Source: a virus (taxonomy: Duplodnaviria; Caudoviricetes). From it: a stretch of 24,817 nt of DNA. Under the pieces are notes generated by a model that saw only the letters and a list, made by a program, of their open reading frames with translations, was not told where the DNA came from and ran no database searches. Of the stretch, positions 16,534 to 24,801 are shown piece by piece (position 1 is the stretch's first letter; each line of letters starts with the position of its first letter). The stretch spans positions 1 to 24,817 of IMG/VR virus record IMGVR_UViG_3300047370_000075; one strand, 5' to 3'. The translations under genes were made by a program, and so were the position numbers.

Positions 16534-18260
16534 TTACGTTTGAAAAAGTTCGCTGGAAGAATTTTCTTTCTACTGGCAACACCTTTACTGAAGTCGATCT
16601 GACTGCCAACAAAACCAATCTTATCATTGGTACTAACGGAGCGGGTAAGAGCACCATTTTGGATGCCCTTACCTTTTCTTTGTTTAGTAAACCTTTTCGT
16701 AAAGTGAACAAACCGATGCTGGTCAACAGCGTCAATGAAAAGGATTGTATGGTGGAGATCGAATTCAAGATCGGTCCTAACGAATTTGTCGTCAAGCGTG
16801 GTATCAAACCAGCGAAGTTCGAGATCTGGCAGAATGGGGCAATGCTAGATCAGTCCAGTAATGCTGCTGACTATCAGAAGCATCTGGAACAGAACATCCT
16901 GAAGATGAACTATAAGTCGTTCACTCAAATCGTTGTGCTAGGTTCGTCAACGTTCGTTCCGTTCATGCGACTGCCTCTAGCACAGCGTAGAGAAATTATT
17001 GAAGACATCCTGGACATCCAGATCTTCTCGATGATGAACATCGCTCTCAAAGATAAGATGAAGTCTTCTACTGAAGAGATGAGAGAGGTTGATTACAGTT
17101 GTGACATGGCAGATCAAAAGATTGACATGCAACGTCGGTTGATTGATCAGTTGTCCACTCGTGATGAGTCCCTGATCAAAGAGAAGCAGCAGTACATTGA
17201 CAAATTGTTAGGAGAAGAAGAGATTTGTCAAGGATCCGTATCCAAACTTCATGAAGAAAGTGAAAAACTTTATGAAGATTTAAGTGGTTTAGAAAGCGCG
17301 AACAAGAAACTCCTGACTTTAAACAACTTGAAAGGAAAACTTACAAACAAATGTACGACTTACAAGAAACAGCACGAGTTTTTTGAGGAGAACGACACAT
17401 GTCCTACGTGTAGTCAATCTATATCTAAAGAAGTTAAAGAAAACAAATCAGGTATCATTAGAAGTCAAGTCAAAGAACTTGTCCTCGCTATCGAAGAACT
17501 TCGATGCAACATTCTCGATGAGCAAGAGAGAAGTGAACAACACCTGGTCAAAAGCAAGGAGTTGAATGACATCCAGCAGAAGATTGCTGGTCACAATGCT
17601 ACTGTTACACGCATCAATAAGAACGTCAGGCAACTGATGACAGATGTAGAAACATTACAAAATTCCAAAGATGATAACTCCGAGGAAGAAGAGAAGTTAA
17701 AATACTTGTTGGAAGAACGTGATAACCTGAAGAAGCAAATTGCCCTCGTCAAAAAAGATAGAGACACTTTGCTAGCAGCATCTCATCTCCTGAAAGATAA
17801 TGGTATCAAAACCAGAATCATCAAGAGATACTTGCCAGTGATGAACAAACTCATCAACCAGTATCTTCAGAACATGGACTTCTACATCAACTTCGCATTG
17901 AATGAGAACTTTGAGGAAACGATCAAGTCGCGGTTTAGGGATATCTTTTCTTACGAATCTTTCTCCGAGGGAGAGAAAGCTCGTATTGATATTGCTCTGC
18001 TGCTTACTTGGCGTTCTATCGCTAAACTTAAGAATAGCGTTGACACTAACATCCTTATCCTCGATGAAATCTTTGATGGTTCTCTTGACAACAACGGCAC
18101 TGGTGAACTAGGTTGGATCCTACGCAACTTCGATGACAATACAAACGTGTTCGTCATCAGTCACAAGGAGAGTTTGGAGGGGAAATTCGACAGAACTCTC
18201 GTGTGTGAGAAGGTCAAGAACTTCTCCGTCGTCAAGGAGACACTTGCAGAAGCGGTCTAG
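16530..18260 (+). CDS. gp46: Recombination ATPase subunit gp46 (Rad50/SbcC-like)
   Basis: Walker A GTNGAGKST, coiled coil with CPTC zinc hook, signature FSEGE, Walker B LILDE, H-loop VISH. Confidence 0.98.
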   Translation: MITFEKVRWKNFLSTGNTFTEVDLTANKTNLIIGTNGAGKSTILDALTFSLFSKPFRKVNKPMLVNSVNEKDCMVEIEFKIGPNEFVVKRGIKPAKFEIWQNGAMLDQSSNAADYQKHLEQNILKMNYKSFTQIVVLGSSTFVPFMRLPLAQRREIIEDILDIQIFSMMNIALKDKMKSSTEEMREVDYSCDMADQKIDMQRRLIDQLSTRDESLIKEKQQYIDKLLGEEEICQGSVSKLHEESEKLYEDLSGLESANKKLLTLNNLKGKLTNKCTTYKKQHEFFEENDTCPTCSQSISKEVKENKSGIIRSQVKELVLAIEELRCNILDEQERSEQHLVKSKELNDIQQKIAGHNATVTRINKNVRQLMTDVETLQNSKDDNSEEEEKLKYLLEERDNLKKQIALVKKDRDTLLAASHLLKDNGIKTRIIKRYLPVMNKLINQYLQNMDFYINFALNENFEETIKSRFRDIFSYESFSEGEKARIDIALLLTWRSIAKLKNSVDTNILILDEIFDGSLDNNGTGELGWILRNFDDNTNVFVISHKESLEGKFDRTLVCEKVKNFSVVKETLAEAV

Positions 18261-18317
18261 GGGTGCCTTCGGGCACCCTTTTTTTGTATATACTATGTGC
18301 ATCAACGCAAGAGACCG
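18250..18317 (+). promoter_or_regulatory. Promoter cassette copy 1: AAnCnGTCYA motif, hairpin, TATACT, conserved leader
   Basis: AAGCGGTCTA 18250-18259, hairpin 18261-18278, TATACT 18289-18294. Leader aligns with copy 2 at 20440-20506. Confidence 0.65.
18260..18285 (+). terminator. Rho-independent terminator after gp46, overlapping the next promoter
   Basis: GGGTGCC-TTCG-GGCACCC stem followed by T7. Confidence 0.9.
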
Positions 18318-20438
18318 ATGAACACCGCAGAAATCAAAGGTAACCTCGCTCGCCTACTCGCTACAGAGAACCTCGTGGTTGAGCATCGTAAGGTCCCCAC
18401 AGCGTCCTTCAATGTTGACACTCGTGTCCTTACCCTGCCCATCTGGAACGCTTCTAACAGCGTCTACGACCTGCTGGTGGGTCATGAGGTCGGTCATGCC
18501 CTCTACACACCCAACATTGACTGGGCAGAGGTAGCAAAGGTGCCCAAGGATTATGTCAACGTGGTGGAAGATGCTCGCATCGAGAAACTAATGAAGAGAA
18601 AATACCCTGGTTTGTCCAAGACTTTCTTCAAAGGTTACCAAGAACTCGACAACCAAGACTTCTTCTCGATCAACGATGAAGCACTGGATAACATCTCTTT
18701 CATCGACCGTATCAATCTCCACTGCAAGATTGGTGCCTTCTCTGCCATGCCTTTCAGTGATGAGGAGCGTGTGATGGTGAAGAAAGTGGAGAATTGTGAG
18801 ACTTTTGACGACGTTATTGCTGTCTGTCAGGAGATCTATGCCTATTCCCAGCAGGAAAAGCACGTAGATGCACCTGTAGATCCACAATCTGGTGCTGCTC
18901 AAGGCACTATGGAGAAGGTTGAGTCACAAGAATCCAAGCAACCCAGTGATACTCCAAGTAACGATGGCGCACAATCTGTGCAGCAACCTGACAATGATCA
19001 AGGTGAACTAGGAGAGGGTGAAGTAGCAGCTGGTGGTTCTGCTGGTGGTGACACTGCTGAAACTCAACGTTCTTTCGATGAAAAGGTCCAAGATCTAGTC
19101 GAAAATGCACCGTATCATTCTGATCCTGTGTACGTTGAGATTCCTACGATGAACATCGACCAGATTATTGTGGACCACGCAGTGCTTCAGAAGCACATTG
19201 AGGCACACTATGCTGAAAATGCACACAATCGTTACGATGATCCCATCGGATTTGTCACTAACAAGTACAATGAGTACAAGAAATCAGCAGCGAAAGAGGT
19301 AGGTTACCTGGTCAAAGAGTTTGAGTGTAAGAAGGCAGCAGACTCTCATGCTCGCACTACAACTGCACGTACTGGTGTGCTTGATACAGCAAAACTGCAC
19401 CAATACAAGTACAATGAGGACCTGTTCAAGAAGATTTCTATCCTTCCTGACGGTAAAAACCATGGAATGATCTTCATTCTTGACTGGTCTGGGTCCATGT
19501 CGAACTATCTTCAGGACACAATCAAGCAATTGCTGTCCCTGGTGTGGTTCTGTCGCAAGGTAAACATTCCTTTTGAGGTTTATGCCTTCACATATGAGTG
19601 GCACCGTCGCTTCCTTGACCCAGATGAGCATGACTATGACCCGACAATCGTGGAAGAGAAATGTGTCCGTGAGGAGAACAAATTAGTTTTCCACAAGCGG
19701 TTTTCTCTCCTGAATGTGCTGTCATCTCGTGCCAACACCAAGAATTTTGATCGTCAGTGCTGCAATCTGTTCAGCATCAGTTACTTCATGAACATGTATG
19801 GTGTCACTACACCTGCTGGTTTGGACTTGAGTGGCACTCCATTGAACGAATCAATCATTTCTTTGCATGAAATCATCCCCATGTTCAAGAAAATGACTGG
19901 TGTTCAGAAGATCAACACTGTGATTCTGACTGATGGTGAGTCAAACAACATCAGCTACAATGTTTCTATCAAAGCTGAAGGTCGTCACTGCTACTGGGGT
20001 CAACGTGCTGTGTCTCATGACGTTCGACTGCGTGATCGTAAGACTGGACACGTTTCTCGCTCTGTTAGTTCTAATTTCAATGACAATATCACCACTCTTT
20101 TGCTTGAGAACTTGCGTCAAAACTATCCTGACGTGAACTTCCTTGGTTTCAGAATCCTGACTGGTGGTGATTTTTCTTACTTGTATCGAAATACATACAA
20201 TGAAACTGCCGACAACGTTCTTAAGAAGTGGCGAAAGGATAAGTCTTTCGTCTTCACCAAGCAACTTGGATTCCAGTCCCTGTACCTGATTGCATCTACT
20301 TCAGTCAATCAATCTTCCGAGTTTGAAGTCAAGGAAGATGCTACCAAGGCACAGATCGCCAAGGCATTCAAGACTATGTTGAAGGCAAAGACTACGAACA
20401 AGAAAATCTTGTCCTCCTTTGTCGATATGGTCGCCTAA
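18318..20438 (+). CDS. Zincin-like metallopeptidase plus VWA domain protein ('CobT-like')
   Basis: HEVGH (18483-18497) and downstream VVEDARIE, acidic/Gln-rich linker, MIDAS motif DWSGS (19482-19496) with GTPL and LTDGES. Start ATG 18318 preferred because its leader matches that of the next gene. Confidence 0.9.
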   Translation: MNTAEIKGNLARLLATENLVVEHRKVPTASFNVDTRVLTLPIWNASNSVYDLLVGHEVGHALYTPNIDWAEVAKVPKDYVNVVEDARIEKLMKRKYPGLSKTFFKGYQELDNQDFFSINDEALDNISFIDRINLHCKIGAFSAMPFSDEERVMVKKVENCETFDDVIAVCQEIYAYSQQEKHVDAPVDPQSGAAQGTMEKVESQESKQPSDTPSNDGAQSVQQPDNDQGELGEGEVAAGGSAGGDTAETQRSFDEKVQDLVENAPYHSDPVYVEIPTMNIDQIIVDHAVLQKHIEAHYAENAHNRYDDPIGFVTNKYNEYKKSAAKEVGYLVKEFECKKAADSHARTTTARTGVLDTAKLHQYKYNEDLFKKISILPDGKNHGMIFILDWSGSMSNYLQDTIKQLLSLVWFCRKVNIPFEVYAFTYEWHRRFLDPDEHDYDPTIVEEKCVREENKLVFHKRFSLLNVLSSRANTKNFDRQCCNLFSISYFMNMYGVTTPAGLDLSGTPLNESIISLHEIIPMFKKMTGVQKINTVILTDGESNNISYNVSIKAEGRHCYWGQRAVSHDVRLRDRKTGHVSRSVSSNFNDNITTLLLENLRQNYPDVNFLGFRILTGGDFSYLYRNTYNETADNVLKKWRKDKSFVFTKQLGFQSLYLIASTSVNQSSEFEVKEDATKAQIAKAFKTMLKAKTTNKKILSSFVDMVA

Positions 20439-20439
20439 A

Positions 20440-20506
20440 AAACCGTCCACTGCCCCTGGTTTCAGGGGCATCATGCCCTATAATAAGTTCATCGACACAA
20501 AGACCA
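20440..20506 (+). promoter_or_regulatory. Promoter cassette copy 2: AAnCnGTCYA motif, hairpin, TATAAT, conserved leader
   Basis: AAACCGTCCA 20440-20449, hairpin TGCCCCTG-GTTT-CAGGGGCA 20451-20470, TATAAT 20479-20484. No -35 box and no T-tail. Confidence 0.75.
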
Positions 20507-21571
20507 ATGCCTCGTTCCGCTAACATCGACCCTGTTGTCCTCACCCAGTATCTCTCCGATAACTTTGGCAATGAGTTTGGTAGTCAAGCAGTTCTGAAAG
20601 CTGCTGATGAGTTTGGAGTCTCCTACCCCACCATCTGCAAACGCCTTGATCAATACAAGGTCGGATATGGTAAGTGGAGTCTCACTGCCGAGCAAATTGA
20701 AGTACAATATAATGCACCCGCTGCAGAACCTGCAGTAGAACTCAACCTTATCCCCCAGAAAGATGATACCTTCGTCCAGTTTGGTGATTTCGCTGATATT
20801 AAAAAAATTATTAAGTCCCGTCTCTTCTACCCTGCGTTTATCACGGGTCTCTCGGGCAATGGTAAAACGTTCGGTATCGAGCAAGCGTGTGCTCAACTCG
20901 GACGGGAACTGATTCGTGTAAACATTACTGTAGAAACTGATGAAGACGATCTTATTGGTGGGTTTCGTCTTGTGGACGGCAACACTGTATGGCATAACGG
21001 TCCAGTCATCGAAGCGTTACAACGCGGTGCGGTCCTGCTCCTTGACGAGATTGACCTTGCCTCCAGCAAAATCCTTTGTCTACAATCCGTGCTCGAAGGA
21101 AAGGGAATCTTTCTGAAAAAGATTGGTAAGTTCATTCAACCTACTGATGGATTCACTGTGGTTGCCACTGCAAACACCAAGGGTAAGGGTTCTGATGACG
21201 GTCGCTTCATTGGCACCAACGTTCTGAACGAAGCATTCCTTGAGCGTTTCCCAATCACCTTCGAGCAAGAGTATCCTACTCCTGCTGTTGAATCGAAGAT
21301 CCTTTCAAAACTCTGTGAAGATGATGAGTTCGTCACCAAACTGGTAGACTGGGCAGACATCATTCGCAAGACCTTTCGTGATGGTGGTATCGATGAGGTG
21401 ATCAGCACTCGCCGCCTGGTCCACATTGTCCAAGCGTACAAGATCTTCGGTAAGCGTATGAAGTCTATCGAAGTTTGCACCAATCGTTTCGACGAAGAAA
21501 CCAAAACGTCCTTTATTGAACTCTACGACAAAATTGATGAGAATGCCGAATCACCTGACCAAGATGCATAA
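20507..21571 (+). CDS. cobS: MoxR/CobS-like AAA+ ATPase with an N-terminal HTH-like domain
   Basis: Walker A GLSGNGKT, Walker B LLLDEID, sensor I TAN, Arg finger FLERF, sensor II STRRL. N-terminal AADEFGVSYPTICKRL. 'cobS' is the customary cyanophage label, not a demonstrated function. Confidence 0.92.
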   Translation: MPRSANIDPVVLTQYLSDNFGNEFGSQAVLKAADEFGVSYPTICKRLDQYKVGYGKWSLTAEQIEVQYNAPAAEPAVELNLIPQKDDTFVQFGDFADIKKIIKSRLFYPAFITGLSGNGKTFGIEQACAQLGRELIRVNITVETDEDDLIGGFRLVDGNTVWHNGPVIEALQRGAVLLLDEIDLASSKILCLQSVLEGKGIFLKKIGKFIQPTDGFTVVATANTKGKGSDDGRFIGTNVLNEAFLERFPITFEQEYPTPAVESKILSKLCEDDEFVTKLVDWADIIRKTFRDGGIDEVISTRRLVHIVQAYKIFGKRMKSIEVCTNRFDEETKTSFIELYDKIDENAESPDQDA

Positions 21572-21716
21572 TTACATCGGTAGCATTGCAATGCTGAAGA
21601 CTGGGAAGTCAGTCAAAATCCTCGGCGGTACGGGTCTGGAACTCTATGTTCAGACCCTTGACGGATCCGTTGAGAGGTGCTATCATAATCAACTGGAGTA
21701 CATCTATCAAGCATGA
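21564..21716 (+). CDS. Small hypothetical protein (50 aa)
   Basis: In-frame ATG 21564 overlaps the ATPase stop, and there is an ATGA overlap with the next gene. Contains an internal promoter. Confidence 0.55.
   Translation: MHNYIGSIAMLKTGKSVKILGGTGLELYVQTLDGSVERCYHNQLEYIYQA
21658..21686 (+). promoter_or_regulatory. sigma70-type promoter for the gp45 replication operon
   Basis: TTGACG 21658-21663, 17 bp spacer, TGc-TATCAT (-10 at 21681-21686). Confidence 0.75.
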
Positions 21717-22000
21717 CTTTCAAATATAATGAAGATGCTCTGTTAAAGGAGCTACGTGATTACATTTCTGCAACTTATGAACAACACTATTCTGCTGGTA
21801 ACGACAGCATTCAAACGTTAGACCTGATCGAAGCATGTGGTGATGCAGAGGCATTCTGCCGTAGCAACATCCTCAAGTATGCTTCTCGGTATGACAAGAA
21901 GGGCACTGCCCGTCGTGATATCGTCAAGATCCTTCACTACGGTCTGCTTCTCTTGCATTTCTCTGACAAGTCTAACGTTACTGAACCCTACAACCAATGA
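21713..22000 (+). CDS. DUF3310-like protein (T7 gp1.7 nucleotide kinase-related family)
   Basis: QHYS...IQTLDLI...FCRSNILKYASRYDKKG..RRDIVKILHY matches the family pattern as recalled. Not searched. Confidence 0.7.
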   Translation: MTFKYNEDALLKELRDYISATYEQHYSAGNDSIQTLDLIEACGDAEAFCRSNILKYASRYDKKGTARRDIVKILHYGLLLLHFSDKSNVTEPYNQ

Positions 22001-22665
22001 GTAAATTGATTCTATCTAGAGATACCCACCAGATCCTGAAGAACTTTTGTACAATCAATGCTTCTATCATGATCCGTGAGGGTAATACTCTTAAAACCAT
22101 TAGTGTTGGTGAGAATGTCATCTCCCAGTTCAAGTGCGAGGAAAGTTTTCCACAGACGTTTGGCATCTATGATCTGTCAGAGTTCTTGTCTGGATTGAGT
22201 CTGTTCGACTCGCCAGTGCTTGAGTTTGAAAGCAACAAGTATGTGAACATTGTCGGTAACGGCAGGAAAGCACGTTACTACTTCTCTGATCCAGAGATCA
22301 CGCTGAAGGCAGCACCAGAGAAAGACATCTCTGAACCTGAAACTGACCTTGAGTTCAATATTTCTCAAGAAGATATTCAGGCATTGCAGAAAGCATCCCA
22401 GGTGTATTGTCTTCCCGACCTTGCATTCTGTTCTGATGCTGATGGCAAGATTACCATCAAACTCTTCGACAAAGAAGATGACACCTGTAACGTTTACGAA
22501 CAGGATGTTCTTGGTAATAGCACTGGTGAGTTCCACCTTCGCATGAAGATGGAGAACCTGCGTCTACACACAGGTGACTATCATGTTCAGGTGAAAGAGA
22601 AGTGGGCAAGCATCTGGAAGCACCAGCGTCTTGATTTGAAATACCTTATTGCACTTGAACCTTGA
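21997..22665 (+). CDS. gp45: Sliding clamp gp45
   Basis: ILKNFCTINASI, FGIYDLSEFL and C-terminal YLIALEP. 222 aa, upstream of gp44. Confidence 0.95.
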   Translation: MSKLILSRDTHQILKNFCTINASIMIREGNTLKTISVGENVISQFKCEESFPQTFGIYDLSEFLSGLSLFDSPVLEFESNKYVNIVGNGRKARYYFSDPEITLKAAPEKDISEPETDLEFNISQEDIQALQKASQVYCLPDLAFCSDADGKITIKLFDKEDDTCNVYEQDVLGNSTGEFHLRMKMENLRLHTGDYHVQVKEKWASIWKHQRLDLKYLIALEP

Positions 22666-23135
22666 CTAGAGAATGTGGGGGGTGTACTCTGTGTTGTAGG
22701 GGAAATCTAACGCTCCAAGCAAAAGAACACCAAGTATATCCAGGTCACCCTTGCCCATATCTAGTCGATTCTGGTTGTGGTATCCATGACGATCCATCAA
22801 AACCAGAGTGTTGTGATAGTTATCTTTGTGCTTGGTTGAAACATCCTGACATGCCAGATTGGATGAAACCAGACAAAGTTGGGTTCTTACTGACGGAAGC
22901 AAACTCTTATGTAACACTTACTGCAGATTTTGCTAGCGGTCAGATTGATGGAACTGCATTGCTTTATGCTATTGATTGGTGTAAAGTAAAAAAGAAAGCC
23001 ATGTTCTATACTGCCAAGTCTCCTGGGACAGGTGAGTATATTCGTGGTAATATTATGAATCATCCAGACTCCTTTCACAGGAGAGGATCTATGGATGAAA
23101 TTTTTGAACCTATTGAATTATTTAATGATGGATAA
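22662..23135 (+). CDS. Cys-cluster protein (CxxCxxCC, YkgJ-like zinc/Fe-S binding)
   Basis: CGGCTLCC...CPYL...CGIH...PECC..YLCAW. TTG start overlapping the gp45 TGA; the end overlaps the gp44 start. Confidence 0.75.
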   Translation: MTRECGGCTLCCRGNLTLQAKEHQVYPGHPCPYLVDSGCGIHDDPSKPECCDSYLCAWLKHPDMPDWMKPDKVGFLLTEANSYVTLTADFASGQIDGTALLYAIDWCKVKKKAMFYTAKSPGTGEYIRGNIMNHPDSFHRRGSMDEIFEPIELFNDG

Positions 23136-24072
23136 AAAATTCCTTTGGGTGGAACAGTACCGTCCTCGTACTATTGATGACTGTATTCTTCCTCCCAGCA
23201 TTCTAGATGTGTTCAAAGGTTTCGTTGAACAGGGTGAACTTCCTAACTTGCTGCTCCCTGGCACTGCAGGCATCGGTAAAACCACCGTTGCAAAGGCATT
23301 GTGTGAAGAGATTGGTGCTTCTTACATCGTGATCAACGGTAGTGACGAAGGTCGCTTCCTAGACACCATTCGACAGAAGGTTCGCACCTTCGCCAGCACT
23401 GTCTCTCTGTCCTCTAGCAGCGCCCACAAGGTCGTTATCATCGATGAGGCAGACAACACCACCAATGACGTGCAGTTGTCCTTGAGGACCGCTATCGAAG
23501 AGTTCCACAGCAACTGTCGGTTCATCTTCACTTGCAACTTCCCTAACAAGATCATCGAACCACTGCATTCTCGATGCACTGTGGTTGACTTCAAGATCAA
23601 GAAGGGTGATCAAGCTGGTCTACAGGTGAAGTTCTTCAAACGCTTGAAGAACATCTTGGAAGAGAACAATTGTGAGTATGTACCTGAAGTTCTCCTCAAA
23701 CTTATCGAACGATACTACCCAGACTGGCGTCGTTTGATCAATGAGTGTCAGCGCCACGCTGCTGCTGGTGCTATCAACACAGACATTCTGGTTGATATTG
23801 CTGACATCAAACTGGATGACCTTGTGAAAGCGATGAAGAACAAGGAGTTCACCACTATCAAACGATGGGTGACAGACAACATCGACAATGACCCAAACAT
23901 TGTCATGCGTAAGATCTATAACACTCTCTATGAGAATGTTAAACCCAAGTACATCCCAGAAGCGGTGCTGATTATCGCCAAGTATCAGTACCAGATCGCA
24001 TTCGTTGCCGATCAAGAAATTAACTTACTTGCATGCCTAACCGAAGTCATGCTTGGTTGCGACTTTAAATGA
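23125..24072 (+). CDS. gp44: Clamp loader ATPase subunit gp44
   Basis: LWVEQYRP, Walker A GTAGIGKT, IIDEAD and SRC motif. Start at ATG 23125 or 23128 is more likely than 23095. Confidence 0.97.
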   Translation: MMDKKFLWVEQYRPRTIDDCILPPSILDVFKGFVEQGELPNLLLPGTAGIGKTTVAKALCEEIGASYIVINGSDEGRFLDTIRQKVRTFASTVSLSSSSAHKVVIIDEADNTTNDVQLSLRTAIEEFHSNCRFIFTCNFPNKIIEPLHSRCTVVDFKIKKGDQAGLQVKFFKRLKNILEENNCEYVPEVLLKLIERYYPDWRRLINECQRHAAAGAINTDILVDIADIKLDDLVKAMKNKEFTTIKRWVTDNIDNDPNIVMRKIYNTLYENVKPKYIPEAVLIIAKYQYQIAFVADQEINLLACLTEVMLGCDFK

Positions 24073-24076
24073 AACT

Positions 24077-24274
24077 ATGACCGTAAATGCATTCCACGTC
24101 ACCATCTACTACACTGAAGAAAGGAAGCGTGAGTTCCACTACAAGATGCCTAGTCATCAGCAAGGAACAGACTCAATTTTGAGAAAAATGAAAGCTGAAA
24201 ATCCAGACGCATTCTGTGTTATTGTTGAACGCAATGGCAAAGAGTCTCAATGGATTAATCCAGACTTCAAATGA
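24077..24274 (+). CDS. Small hypothetical protein (65 aa)
   Basis: In-frame ATG 24077, 4 nt after the gp44 stop. ATGA overlap with the next gene. Confidence 0.6.
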   Translation: MTVNAFHVTIYYTEERKREFHYKMPSHQQGTDSILRKMKAENPDAFCVIVERNGKESQWINPDFK

Positions 24275-24801
24275 TCACAACGCTCAAAAACTACAAGACA
24301 GGAGCATACAAACAGTTGAAGGAGACTATTATGTCTCCTAATTTTCCATGGAATTTCTATGGAACAACAATTGAAAATCAAACTGATGACCTGCACCTGA
24401 TGTCTCACTGCTTTCTAGCGAGACCAGGGCAGGAGAATCCATATACCATATCGTTGAGTGAACATACGCGACTTGCTGCGTTTGTTTGCAGACAAATTTT
24501 GGGTATGAATGAGATAGAAGTACACATGTTCTATCGTATTGCTGTCAACCTAGTCTTTGACACCGAAGGCACTAGCGTCAAGCATGTTGATCACGAGTAT
24601 CCACATGAGAATCTGATCATTTACTTAAACAAGTTTGACAAAGGCAGAACTTTGGTGTATGATGAAGATGATAATGAGCATAGTGTGACTGCCAAAGAAG
24701 ACAAGGCAGTCACATTTAATGGTTCCTACCAGCATTGTCATGAATCTTCTTCCAACGGAAGGAGAATTGCCCTTATTGCTACCTATTTAAAAGATGAGTG
24801 A
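24271..24801 (+). CDS. 2OG-Fe(II) oxygenase-like protein
   Basis: HVD...IIYLN...G.TLV...FNG..QH...RR pattern, giving the HxD...H triad plus a distal Arg. Confidence 0.75.
   Translation: MITTLKNYKTGAYKQLKETIMSPNFPWNFYGTTIENQTDDLHLMSHCFLARPGQENPYTISLSEHTRLAAFVCRQILGMNEIEVHMFYRIAVNLVFDTEGTSVKHVDHEYPHENLIIYLNKFDKGRTLVYDEDDNEHSVTAKEDKAVTFNGSYQHCHESSSNGRRIALIATYLKDE

Noticed and set aside
20451-20470. Hairpin as a rho-independent terminator
   Set aside because: No T-run on either side, and it fits the promoter cassette geometry instead.
20489-20995. 168 aa minus-strand ORF
   Set aside because: Antisense shadow of the AAA+ ATPase with no recognisable features.
20507-21571. cobS as a cobalamin auxiliary metabolic gene
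   Set aside because: No cobN or pathway genes in the window; the partner has a peptidase motif and the ATPase has an HTH-like extension.
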